Position numbers and translations under genes: made by a program. From Microcoleus sp. (lineage in GTDB: Bacteria; Cyanobacteriota; Cyanobacteriia; Cyanobacteriales; Microcoleaceae): DNA of 64,000 nucleotides. Below, piece after piece: positions 40,941 to 50,856 of the stretch. Numbering within the stretch: position 1 is the stretch's first letter; the number at the start of each line of letters is the position of its first letter. A model generated the notes under the pieces. It had not been told where the DNA came from. It saw only the letters and a program-made list of their open reading frames with translations, and did no database searches. Location of the stretch: the NCBI GenBank assembly GCA_042408215.1, contig JAYFMW010000030.1:576001-640000 (forward strand). Reading direction: 5' to 3'.

Positions 40941-41531
40941 TTATTTAGAAACTCTATGTAGCCACATTGTTGCAGTAGATTCGATGTTGCTACTATCCCA
41001 GGTGTCATAAAATTCAAAAGCTTGATCCAAGCTAAAAGCATTGCCAGCGGAAGATATTAACCTGCGACTGTATAGTTTATTTTCACCTTTGTTATCTGGT
41101 GAGGATGGTGAATTCTTAAGATACCCATCGTAGAACCATTCTCCTGTGGGATCGTTTACAAAAAAATCACCGTTTTTGTGATAACCACGAATAACTAAAA
41201 TGTGCCCCGAAGCCGTCCAATAGCCATGCAATATACATATTTTCCCAGAATCAAGAGAGCGAGTAATGTTTGAAAGACTTCCGTTCAGTGTCAAATCATC
41301 TCTTAACCCTAAACCTTCTAACAACATCCTAATTCCATCGGGAGCACCGTGATCTATGCCAAGTCTATCAAAACGTTTTTTAACATCATCTTCGTACTGT
41401 GGGAAGGAACCTAAATCTGGAACCTTAAAATACTTCAAACACATTGCTGAACTTGTAGCACCGCAGGTGCGCCAAGGATCAATCTCGTTATCTTCTTGAC
41501 TGAAATACGGAACCTTATGATTAATAGCCAT
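40941..41531 (-). CDS. C39-like cysteine peptidase
   Basis: VPYFSQEDN, TCGATSSAM, SGHILVIRGY, VNDP. Confidence 0.85.
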   Translation of the reverse strand: MAINHKVPYFSQEDNEIDPWRTCGATSSAMCLKYFKVPDLGSFPQYEDDVKKRFDRLGIDHGAPDGIRMLLEGLGLRDDLTLNGSLSNITRSLDSGKICILHGYWTASGHILVIRGYHKNGDFFVNDPTGEWFYDGYLKNSPSSPDNKGENKLYSRRLISSAGNAFSLDQAFEFYDTWDSSNIESTATMWLHRVSK

Positions 41532-41717
41532 AATTTACCCCAAGTAAGTACAGCTTGTTTTAAAAGCTGGTTATTAAATTGATAACCTTAACCCGATCGC
41601 CCTGTCGGTGAGAAAAAGTGAGCGATCTTTGTAAAGTTTTTATAATGTTTCCTGAAAGGCTACTGGTAAGCGGGTTAGAAGCCTGTAAACCTAAAATAAT
41701 AGGTCAAGGTAGTAGCG

Positions 41718-42182
41718 ATGAGTGGACAAGAAGCGCTTACCATAATCGATCGACTTTTACAAGCTGCTAACCAAGGACAAAAACTCAACGATCTGCAATC
41801 TGCTGTGTTTCTGGAAACTTGGGCCGAACATTCCTATTCGGAAATTGCTCAGCAGTTAGGTTACGAATACGACTACATCAAACAAGTGGGTTCTCGGTTG
41901 TGGCGAAGTCTCTCCCAAATCTTGGGCGAACCAGTCTCCAAGAGCAATATTCAAGCTGTTTTGCGTCGCTACCAACAATCGCAATCGGCTAAGCAAGATT
42001 TGGGTGAAGCGATCGACCTTTCCCGGTTTTATGGTCGTCCAGAGGAACTGCAAATGCTAGAAATTTGGATGATTGAAAATCGCTGTCGTTTAATGAGTAT
42101 TTTTGGACTCGGTGACATCGGTACAACTGTCGGCTGTCTTACTCTGATAATTGTTGTCGGCATCGATCGAGATAAATTGTAG
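41718..42182 (+). pseudogene. N-terminal HTH and start of an NB-ARC protein, truncated at the Walker A
   Basis: LNDLQSAVF..SYSEIAQQLGY, FYGRPEEL, degenerate GLGDIGTT, then stop. Confidence 0.7.
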
Positions 42183-42384
42183 CTACCCGGCCGGATTTAG
42201 CCGCACACAATCTTCAAACAGTTGTGCAGCCTCGCTGAACTTTTCCCGATTGTAGAACATCTAGGCACTTTCAAAAGCTGTTTTCGCGATCGACTTATAT
42301 CGTTTCCGGTTGCATCGGAATGATACCGAGGACACGGCTTGGCCTTAGTCCCTACCCCATTAATTGTAGGGATACGGCACTGCC

Positions 42385-42602
42385 CATTGGTGACAACTTA
42401 AGACTGAAAGCCTTGGAATCTCTCGTTTTTAGCTGAGTCTAGATCCCCCTAAATCCCCCTTAAGAAGGGGGACTTAAAGAGGCTTCCTGTCCCACACCCC
42501 CTACTCCCCTACTCCCCTTCTTAAGGGGGGCGCCGGGGGGATCTGGCCTTAATAGTCAAACAGAATTCTCTGACTGGGTTTGACGTTAAGTTGACACCAA
42601 TG
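42385..42602. mobile_element. MITE with CATTGGTGWCAACTTAA TIRs and a 9-bp target duplication
   Basis: GGCACTGCC at 42376-42384 and 42603-42611; inserted in a GTAG REP hairpin. Confidence 0.85.
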
Positions 42603-42849
42603 GGCACTGCCGTGTCCTCCGTTTATATCATTCCGATGAAGAGAGGATTTAATATTAGCCGATCGAATTTCCGGCAGTTTCTAGTCAGGAATGCGAGTCC
42701 TTTCAATCAGGACTCATATCTAATCCGGTAGCATCGGAATTATTCATCTCTCTCTTCTCTCCCTCTGCGCCCTCTGCGCCCTAGAAAGGTTAAATCATTC
42801 CGATGCAACCGGAAACGATATCATATCAATTCCGGTTGCACCGGAATGA

Positions 42850-43048
42850 TTGTTGATTGTTGATTGTTGATTGTTGACTGTTGACTTTTGACTGTTGACT
42901 TTTGACTGTTGACTTTTGACTGTTGGCTGTTGGCGGTACGAATGTTGTCATTCCCAATGCCCCATGCCCCATGCCCCATGCCCCATTCCCCATTCCCCAT
43001 TCCCCATGCCCCATGCCCCATTCCCCATGCCCCATTCCCCATTCCCAA
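42850..43048. repeat. Heptamer tandem repeats (TGACTKT and CCCCATG/CCCCATT)
   Basis: Visible directly; similar tracts at 23900-23950 and 59590-59860. Confidence 0.9.
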
Positions 43049-43054
43049 GTATAT

Positions 43055-44755
43055 TTATTTTTCAGCGATTTTATCGAGTTGTTCCTTAACCAACAAATCT
43101 AACAACGAACGCAACATAAATAAACCGCCGAATCCTGAGAGAGCAAAAACTGCGATCGCCCCCATTTTGTATCCCCCCACCAGCAGCACTGCACCCGACA
43201 GCAACATCAAACCAGTCAGACCAGCAAAAATTAGAGTTTTCAGGGCTAAATTAATGCGTTTCAAGGCTCTTTCGCTCTCTATATTTCGCACTCTAATTTG
43301 CAGTTCGCCATCTTCTATCCGCTGCTCTAAACGTTTGAAAAAAACTTCCGCTTTACTGGGCTGCTGTAACTTATATGTAATAAAATTTCGCGCTTGTCTG
43401 GCTAATTCTCCGATCGCACTTCCCCGCCCTTTACTGACCGCAATACTCTTGACAAAAGGCTGAGCAGATGCTAAGAAATTGTAGTGAGGATCGAGAGTTC
43501 TGGCAATGCCATCGAGCGTCGTCAATGACTTGACAATAAACATCATTTGTGCAGGCAAGCGAAACGGCTGCTGCTCGAACATGATGTAAAGTTCGTTCTT
43601 AATTTCATTAAAAGCTTGAAAGTCGATCGGCTTATCAATAAACTTATCCAACAGAAAAGTAATCAGCCGCCGCACCGGCATCATATCCGGCATCCGGTCA
43701 ACTAAGCCGATCGCAATTAAAGTATCGAGTACCCCATCAGTATCCTTTCTCAACACAGCAAAAAAAGTCTTGACCATTTCGTCTTTAGCCAAAGACTTAA
43801 CTTCTGCCATCATCCCAAAATCGTAAAAAATCAAGCTCCCATCTTCAGTTACAGCCAAATTTCCCGGATGGGGGTCAGCTTGAAAAAAACCGTCTATTAA
43901 CAACTGCTTCAAATAACAGCAAATTCCGAGTTGATTGAGTTTCTGAATATCTACTCCAATCGCCTCTAAACTAATGCGATCGTCCACCTTAATACCGGGA
44001 GCATATTCTACAGTAATCACTTTTTTATTAGTGTATTGCCAATAGACTTTTGGGACAATAATCCGAGGATATCCTTTAAAATTATCGCCAAAGCGATCGG
44101 CATTTTTGCCTTCTTGCACGTAGTCTATTTCTTGATATAAAATCTTAAAAAACTCATGATATATAGCTTCCAAGTTGTACTTGCGCGTCCAAGGAAAATA
44201 GCGATCGCAAAAACGGATCACTTGGTAAACGGCCTTAACATCCAAATCAAATAACTTGGACAATCCCGGACGTTGCACCTTCACAACCACATCTTCCCCA
44301 GTGTGCAATCTAGCTCTATGTACCTGTCCGAGACTTGCTGCTGCGATCGGAAACGAGTCAAAATCGCGATACAAAGTATAAATATCTTTGCCCAACTCAG
44401 ATTCTACCAGGGCGATCGCCTCTTCGGAACTAAACTCAGGAACCCGATCCTGCAACTGTTCGAGTTCCTTGACATACTCAAGGGGGAGCAAATCCGCGCG
44501 AGTCGAAAGAGACTGGCCGATTTTAATAAAAGTCGGGCCCAAATCCAACAAAGTATTGACCAACCAATGAGCGCGAATTCTTCTAGTATGGGCAGATTTA
44601 TTTTGCAGCAGTCCATCCCACCACAAATAAAACAAAAACTTTCCCGCCGCTGCAAAAACATCTATTTGTCGTGCTAGCGGCGAATATTGAGAACGTTGCC
44701 AACGTAGGAGTTTGGGTGCAGTTTTTGTGAGCATAATATTCACGATCGAGTTCAA
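43055..44755 (-). CDS. ABC1/AarF/UbiB family atypical kinase
   Basis: LGPTFIKIGQ, AAASLGQVH, VKVQRPG, ADPHPGN, DFGM. Confidence 0.93.
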   Translation of the reverse strand: MNSIVNIMLTKTAPKLLRWQRSQYSPLARQIDVFAAAGKFLFYLWWDGLLQNKSAHTRRIRAHWLVNTLLDLGPTFIKIGQSLSTRADLLPLEYVKELEQLQDRVPEFSSEEAIALVESELGKDIYTLYRDFDSFPIAAASLGQVHRARLHTGEDVVVKVQRPGLSKLFDLDVKAVYQVIRFCDRYFPWTRKYNLEAIYHEFFKILYQEIDYVQEGKNADRFGDNFKGYPRIIVPKVYWQYTNKKVITVEYAPGIKVDDRISLEAIGVDIQKLNQLGICCYLKQLLIDGFFQADPHPGNLAVTEDGSLIFYDFGMMAEVKSLAKDEMVKTFFAVLRKDTDGVLDTLIAIGLVDRMPDMMPVRRLITFLLDKFIDKPIDFQAFNEIKNELYIMFEQQPFRLPAQMMFIVKSLTTLDGIARTLDPHYNFLASAQPFVKSIAVSKGRGSAIGELARQARNFITYKLQQPSKAEVFFKRLEQRIEDGELQIRVRNIESERALKRINLALKTLIFAGLTGLMLLSGAVLLVGGYKMGAIAVFALSGFGGLFMLRSLLDLLVKEQLDKIAEK

Positions 44756-44825
44756 TGCACCGCAAAAAGTTTAACTAGGTCATCAGCAATTAGAAAAATA
44801 ACTAATTGCCCATTTCTGGGCCTAT

Positions 44826-47051
44826 TTATTCTTCCAGACTAGAGAGTTCCCCTGGAAATTGTGGCAGAGTCAGAGTAAAAGATGTACGCCACAACCGATC
44901 GCCTTCAGAACTCTCGGACGGACGGCTATCAACATCAATACTACCATTCAAGTGCTGTACTAAATACTTTACCAGAGTCAGACCCAAACCGGTGCCGGGG
45001 ATAGCTTGGTCAGTGATACCAGTGCCGCGGCGGAACTTTTCAAAGATGTGTGGTAAATCAGCAGCAGAAATACCACACCCGAAATTAGATACTGTGAGGA
45101 CAAAGTAGCCCCCTGCTGCGGACACCTCCAAAACTACCACAGTTCCAGAAGCCGAGTATTTGCCGGCATTCGTCAGCAGTTCCAGCAAGATCCGATTGAG
45201 GCTGTCCCGGTCAGTTTGCAAAGCAGATAATGGATTTGGCAAATCCACCTTCAGAGTCAATCCCTTGTCTGCCCAGTTTTGCTCACAATCAAGGGCCAAA
45301 TCTTGAATTAAATCCTTGAGATCGATCGGCAGTATAGAAATAGGGACTGGAAACGGCTCAAATTGCTTGAGCGCCAGCAAATCGTTAACCAGAGCGGTTT
45401 CCCTAGAACACTGCTGCTCTAGAATGTCGAGATACTTAGCCCGACTCGCCGGCGAATGTTCAACTTGTTTGAGCATCAGAATTGCCAGCTTCATGATTGT
45501 CAAAGGGGTACGCAACTCGTGACTCATCACGGCGAGAAACTCGTCTTGAATCTGCTTCAACTGGCGCAGTTGCTCTTGTTGATTGGCAGATTGCTCGTAT
45601 AACTGCCCTTGGACATCTTGACTTTGCTTTAACTGAACGTTTCTGTCTTCGACAATAGCTTGCAAGTCCTTGAGCGTCTGAGTTTGGAGCATCGCCTGGG
45701 TGACTTGAGCAGCGACTAATTCTAGAACTTCCAATTCTTCAGGCCTCCAAGTACGGGGCGAGGAGTGCTGCAACATCAAGAACCCCAACACGGTGTCTGG
45801 TTCCCTCGCGCCCACTAGAGGCACCAGCACCCAGGCGCGAATGCCTTTGAGATTCAAGATTTCTGCGGGCTTTTGGTGTTCATTGCCGATCGATTCACCT
45901 GCGTCAGCCAGGGCGAGGGATTTAGGTGCGCTCTTGAATGCTTCCAGACACAAACTAGATTCCGACATCCAAAAAGCCGGGGAATTATTTGATTTTGAGT
46001 TGGGGATTTTGGTTTTGGAATTAGCAGTTTTATCCTTGTTTTTGGTTTTGGCTCTCGAGCTTTTTTTCCCCGCTGCGCTTTGTTCAATTGCCTGTTTGCT
46101 TTGATCTTTTTGGCGCTCGGATTCGCAAACTAATACGACTTTTGCTTTGGGAGTTTGAGTGGAGGATCTACTTTTTAAGAGTGGGTCTGTATATTGCAAG
46201 AGCAGGATTTGACCTCGATCTACTTCCAGGATATCTGTGGTATTTTCAATAACTCGCTGCAAAATTAGATCGATTTCTGAACTCCTGTCGATCGATAAAG
46301 CAACTCTGCGGAGGAGATGTTGATATTTAGCTTGTTGCTGCAACTGTTGGTTTAAACTGGCAATTTCTTGAGTTTTTTGAATGTGAGAAATCGCGCAGGC
46401 GATCGCGTCTGATACTGCTTCGACGCGCTGCCGATCGGCAGCAGACCACTCGTAAGGTTGCGACTTGACAATAATCATAATGCCATTGATCGCCCCCCCG
46501 AATCGTGCAGGCGCTGCCAAAATAGCCCGCACCTCGATCGGTGTCGCAGCGGCATTCGGCGCGTTTGCAGCCCTTTGAGCTTGAATATCGGAAATCACCA
46601 CCACCTCGCCATCTGTCAGCACCTGAGCTAAGACTGGTGAAATTAAGGGCGAGTTTAAGATTGTGGTTTGGTGGAATTGCGGTGTTTGAGTGAAATCTGC
46701 TGCGGTATCGGAGGATAAAGGGCGATCGCTCCCAATGTGCCAGCAAGCATTCGGAATTGCGACTCTGTTGTCAGTTACAGCAGCAACCAAACAACAATCA
46801 GCCCCCCATGCTACGCCCAAAGTATTGGCTATTTGCAGCAGCATTTCTCGATCGGGGCTGGTCGCGACAATTTGGCAAATTTGTGGCCCTCCAAAGGCAG
46901 GATCGACCTGGTACTGCATTATTCGATCCAGAAATTTTTGGACTGATAAGGGTTCTGCGATTTGCGGTAGATGTAATGGGTAAGACTCTGACGTCGCCCG
47001 GTTGAGCGGAGCCAAATCTGGATTTCCCTGATCGTTAGTCATAGCAGACAA
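44826..47051 (-). CDS. GAF-GAF sensor histidine kinase
   Basis: SHELRTPLT, ELLTNAGKYS, GTGLGL; two GAF-like regions. Confidence 0.9.
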   Translation of the reverse strand: MSAMTNDQGNPDLAPLNRATSESYPLHLPQIAEPLSVQKFLDRIMQYQVDPAFGGPQICQIVATSPDREMLLQIANTLGVAWGADCCLVAAVTDNRVAIPNACWHIGSDRPLSSDTAADFTQTPQFHQTTILNSPLISPVLAQVLTDGEVVVISDIQAQRAANAPNAAATPIEVRAILAAPARFGGAINGIMIIVKSQPYEWSAADRQRVEAVSDAIACAISHIQKTQEIASLNQQLQQQAKYQHLLRRVALSIDRSSEIDLILQRVIENTTDILEVDRGQILLLQYTDPLLKSRSSTQTPKAKVVLVCESERQKDQSKQAIEQSAAGKKSSRAKTKNKDKTANSKTKIPNSKSNNSPAFWMSESSLCLEAFKSAPKSLALADAGESIGNEHQKPAEILNLKGIRAWVLVPLVGAREPDTVLGFLMLQHSSPRTWRPEELEVLELVAAQVTQAMLQTQTLKDLQAIVEDRNVQLKQSQDVQGQLYEQSANQQEQLRQLKQIQDEFLAVMSHELRTPLTIMKLAILMLKQVEHSPASRAKYLDILEQQCSRETALVNDLLALKQFEPFPVPISILPIDLKDLIQDLALDCEQNWADKGLTLKVDLPNPLSALQTDRDSLNRILLELLTNAGKYSASGTVVVLEVSAAGGYFVLTVSNFGCGISAADLPHIFEKFRRGTGITDQAIPGTGLGLTLVKYLVQHLNGSIDVDSRPSESSEGDRLWRTSFTLTLPQFPGELSSLEE

Positions 47052-47418
47052 ACCTTTATTTTAATGTGTTTGAGCCTGCGAGTCCTGCAAAGCATAGAAC
47101 CTATCAAACCCCCGCTAACCCTACGGGTTAGCGGGGGTTTGTTGACAGTTATTAGTATTCAGCTTTGCTAGAGACTGGTTGGTGACACCCCTGTCCCTAA
47201 CCTGTGATGTTTTCTATTTAAGTTTGTGATTTTAGCAAATTTCTTTTGTGATACCACAGTGCCGTGTTGGTGACGCCGATCGCACAAAATTCCCTCTAGA
47301 AAAATAAAAGTTTCCGCTCAATCAGATAGCTTCCGACTTGAAAATCAAAAATTGCAATTTACAACTGCTATTGAGGCACTCAGACCGCCCTAAATATAAA
47401 TTTATGCGGCTGCCTGAG

Positions 47419-48294
47419 TTACTTATTTTCGGCTTCCTGTTGGGCTTTTTCGCTATTTTGGCGGTAAAGAGCCGTCCGGTTAGTAGCCGTTGTGTAGCGG
47501 GGATGCTGTCCAGGGACTGCTGCCATCAAATCCGAAGCTTGCTGCCACTTAGCAGCTACTACTAACCAATCCTCGCGAGATTGGGCTGTTTTGCCCTCTC
47601 TGGCTGCTTGCTCAGCCAGCCGCACAGCTTGTGCAAAAGAGTCAACATTAGAGCTAGCAGTCTCCTGAGAAATTTTATGAGCAGGTGTTACCTCGCCGGC
47701 GGGAGACGCCACTGCTTGGGTTGTGACTGAGGTGCTGTTTGCAACTTGGGAATTTAGTCCTTTGTAGATGGTGGCCACCACTGCGAGCAACACCACGCTC
47801 AGACAGACGCCACCGATGATACCACGCTGAAATTGCCGCGGTTCCTGCATAAATCGACGAGGTGCCCCCATTCTAGGTAAAGCCAGTTTCGGGCCTCTCT
47901 CTTGGCGTTCCTTTTGAGCTAGAGCGAAACGCTGCCAAAAATTGGGTTTGATCAGTTTAATTTCTTGCGACCACAGCAGTTGATTTTCCGGATCGCGACT
48001 AATTTCTTCCAGCCACAGCAATTGGTGTTCTCGAACCAGGCGGCTATTGATGTTGACTCGGCGAATATTGCGGGGCGAAATTCCCTCCAAAATTTGCCGC
48101 ACCCGATCGACCAAGTGAGACTGTTCGAGCAGCTCGACTTTTGCAGCCTCGCACAGCAGTTGCAGCACCCCATCTGCAAACACAGCCCTGGTTCTGACAC
48201 CTACCTGTGCGAGTTTGTCATTGAGAACTTGAATGATCGCTGCCACCGAGCCCTCGTGAGCCTGTCTGGCAATATTATCTATTTGATTCGTCAT
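47419..48294 (-). CDS. Conserved cyanobacterial single-TM hypothetical protein
   Basis: GSVAAIIQVLN N-terminus, a TM segment, then a helical AAKWQQASDLM domain. Confidence 0.7.
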   Translation of the reverse strand: MTNQIDNIARQAHEGSVAAIIQVLNDKLAQVGVRTRAVFADGVLQLLCEAAKVELLEQSHLVDRVRQILEGISPRNIRRVNINSRLVREHQLLWLEEISRDPENQLLWSQEIKLIKPNFWQRFALAQKERQERGPKLALPRMGAPRRFMQEPRQFQRGIIGGVCLSVVLLAVVATIYKGLNSQVANSTSVTTQAVASPAGEVTPAHKISQETASSNVDSFAQAVRLAEQAAREGKTAQSREDWLVVAAKWQQASDLMAAVPGQHPRYTTATNRTALYRQNSEKAQQEAENK

Positions 48295-48338
48295 CGGAAT
48301 ATATTAAAGCTTAGCAAGCTGTTAATTGTTAACCTAAA

Positions 48339-49670
48339 CTGCTATCTAAAACCCGGACAAACCCGGATATTAGTTGACACTTCATCAGGTAGCGACGGCG
48401 CAATTAACCCTCTGTGTCCAGACTCGGTTTAGCCATCCGAGCAGATTTTTCCAAATTAATAGAGGCATTGAAGTCCCTGTCAACTAAAAGTCCACAAGCA
48501 GAGCAATCGTAAATCCTTGCGCTCAACGACATCGGTTGCTTGTCACCACAGTTAGAACATAACTGAGTAGAAGCATACCAGCGATCGACTTTAACAACAC
48601 AGGAACCATAACGCTCTGCTTTGTACTCAATTTGTCGTCTAAACTCGTAGAAATTAGCGTCTGCCACAGCACCCGCCAGTTTATGGTTAGCCATCATCCC
48701 AGACAGGTTTAAATCCTCAATCGCTACAACCGCGTGGTTTTTGCAAATGTAATTTGTAGCTTTATGAGTCGCATCAAGTCTGATGTTTTTCACTCGCTGA
48801 TGAGTTGAAGCTAACCTTAACTTTTGTCGTCGATATCGATTACTACCCTTTTGTTTTCGCTGCAACTGACGCTGCATCCGCGCTAGTTGCTGACGTGCTT
48901 TCCCATAAGCCTGGGGATTGGCAATCACAACGCCACTAGATAGGGTAGCCAACTGCTTAATTCCCACATCCACACCCACAAAATCCCGCGACTTCGGCGT
49001 CACTTCTGGCTCTATTTCATAACTAAAGCTGATGTACCAGTTGCCAGCCTCTTGTGAAATGGTAAATGTTTTTGTGGTGACGTGGGGCAAGCCTTCAAAT
49101 GTAGATACCCAGCCAATTGTGGGTAACTTCAAGCGAGGGCCGCCTACAGCTATTGGTCTGCCACTAGCATCGATGGTAAAACTATCGTGTCTGCCCTTTT
49201 TCTTGAACTTGGGATAACTTGTCCTACCAGAAAAGAAGTTCCCAAATGCCTTGCCTAGATGGTCAAAAGCATACTGAGTTACTTTTTGACAAATGCCTTG
49301 TTCTTTGATCCAGGGATAGACAGGCTTAACGTGATTGTTAAAAAACTTCTTTAAAACCAAAGCATTAGGCTTCAATCCCTGGGAGTAGAGTGCGCTCCAG
49401 ATTCCTAGTCCCCAGTTAAATGTAAACCGAGCAATACCTGCGTGTTTTGCCATTAACACGGCTTGGGCATCGGTTAGTTTAAGCTTGGTTTTGAGGGAAG
49501 TCAGCACAAGTCTGTGAATAATTTAATTAGTTTTGATGTTAACACAACCGATTGCGAGCGTCACGAGAACAGAAACTAAACGAGGAAAGTCAGAAGTTGT
49601 CTACAGAATCAGCGATCGAGATTTAGCGACCGGAGCATTATACCACTATGTCCGTATATGTCCGGCTAAG
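48339..49670 (-). mobile_element. IS607-like tnpB element lacking tnpA; ends approximate
   Basis: Short direct repeats (CCGGAYA) near both ends; right end ...GTCCGGGTTTTAGATAGCAG. Confidence 0.55.
48404..49507 (-). CDS. tnpB: TnpB with zinc ribbon
   Basis: GVDVGIK, IEDLNL, CSNCG..CSACG, DRDFNASINL. Confidence 0.92.
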   Translation of the reverse strand: MLTSLKTKLKLTDAQAVLMAKHAGIARFTFNWGLGIWSALYSQGLKPNALVLKKFFNNHVKPVYPWIKEQGICQKVTQYAFDHLGKAFGNFFSGRTSYPKFKKKGRHDSFTIDASGRPIAVGGPRLKLPTIGWVSTFEGLPHVTTKTFTISQEAGNWYISFSYEIEPEVTPKSRDFVGVDVGIKQLATLSSGVVIANPQAYGKARQQLARMQRQLQRKQKGSNRYRRQKLRLASTHQRVKNIRLDATHKATNYICKNHAVVAIEDLNLSGMMANHKLAGAVADANFYEFRRQIEYKAERYGSCVVKVDRWYASTQLCSNCGDKQPMSLSARIYDCSACGLLVDRDFNASINLEKSARMAKPSLDTEG

Positions 49671-49823
49671 TTAAGATTAAATTGCGCCTCTCGGATCTGA
49701 ATTTTCACCTATACAGGCGATCGCTGACACTCCCAGGTTAAAATGGACAAGTGTAAATCTTGCATACTGCTCCGACTTCACAAACATCGCAACAGCATCT
49801 CAGAGACCAACAGGAAATAAACT

Positions 49824-50369
49824 ATGGGCAAAGTAATTAGCGGTAAAATTTTTGTTGTAGACGACAACATCGATACAGATCAAATTATCCCTGCCGAATA
49901 CCTGACCCTGGTTCCCTCAAAGCCGGACGAGTACGAGAAACTAGGCAGTTACGCGATGATTGGGTTGCCCGATCGCTATGGCAAGTTTATCGAAGCTGGT
50001 GAACAGAAAACCCAGTATTCGATTATAATCGCTGGCGAAAATTTTGGCTGCGGTTCTTCGCGAGAGCACGCTCCGATCGCTCTAGGTGCCGCTGGCGTCG
50101 CAGCTGTGGTGGCTCTGTCTTACGCTCGCATCTTCTTTCGCAATTGCTCAGCTACTGGTGAATTGTACCCGATCGAATCAGTCGATCGACTCTGTGACTT
50201 ATTTGCTACGGGCCAAGAAGTGACGATCGATTTTACAGCAGGGCGAATCATCAACCACACTCTCGATCGAACTTACTCCCTCAAACCTTTAGGAGAAGTA
50301 GAGCCCGTCATTGATGCCGGAGGGTTGTTTGACTACGCGCGCCAAACGGGAATGATTGCCGCTCGGTAA
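49824..50369 (+). CDS. leuD: 3-isopropylmalate dehydratase small subunit
   Basis: DNIDTDQIIP, NFGCGSSREHA. Confidence 0.93.
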   Translation: MGKVISGKIFVVDDNIDTDQIIPAEYLTLVPSKPDEYEKLGSYAMIGLPDRYGKFIEAGEQKTQYSIIIAGENFGCGSSREHAPIALGAAGVAAVVALSYARIFFRNCSATGELYPIESVDRLCDLFATGQEVTIDFTAGRIINHTLDRTYSLKPLGEVEPVIDAGGLFDYARQTGMIAAR

Positions 50370-50560
50370 AAGAGGGCAACCACAGGGGGATTGCCCCTAC
50401 AGAAACCCGATGGCAACCACGGGGGGATTGCCTACAAAAACCGGGTTTCTTGATTTTGTTTGTATTGATTTCCGCCTACTTTAATTTTGAAAGTTGGTAG
50501 TGCCTAACAAGTAATGATACTTGCTAGAGTAGTGTGGTAGTTCTGGCGTTGCTGAGTGAA

Positions 50561-50833
50561 AGTATGGTAAAACTTCATTAAGATTGTAAGCATTGACAAG
50601 CAATAGTAGTATCATATAGTCATGAGGCAGCTCCGATTCCCATTTATGCGAATGATGGCGCTTGTTGATAGGTCTTACAATATTATGCGAAAAGCAATCC
50701 CAAACGCCTTGTGCAATGGGATAGGTCCTGTACTTGGGCCCAGGCGGGTCAATCCGCTCAAAGTAAAAAAGAAAGGGGAGGGACTCAATGCCTCCCATGT
50801 CATGTAATAGATGACTATACTTTTACAAGCTAT
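50561..50833 (+). mobile_element. Internally deleted tnpB element, paralog of 6878..7140
   Basis: GTAAAACTTCATTAAGATTGTAAGCAT...SYNIMRKAIPNA...GTAATAGATGACTATACTTTTAC. Confidence 0.7.
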
Positions 50834-50856
50834 GAATCACAGAGTTCCTAACCCTC

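Noticed and set aside
41628..41646. Second HLR1-like site
   Set aside because: Half-site spacing is off by one and one half-site is mismatched.
33723..42800. tRNA-integrated prophage or ICE
   Set aside because: No integrase, structural genes or duplicated tRNA 3' end found.
42821..43048. ORFs with GMGHGAW and STVKSQQ repeats
   Set aside because: Heptamer repeat artefacts.
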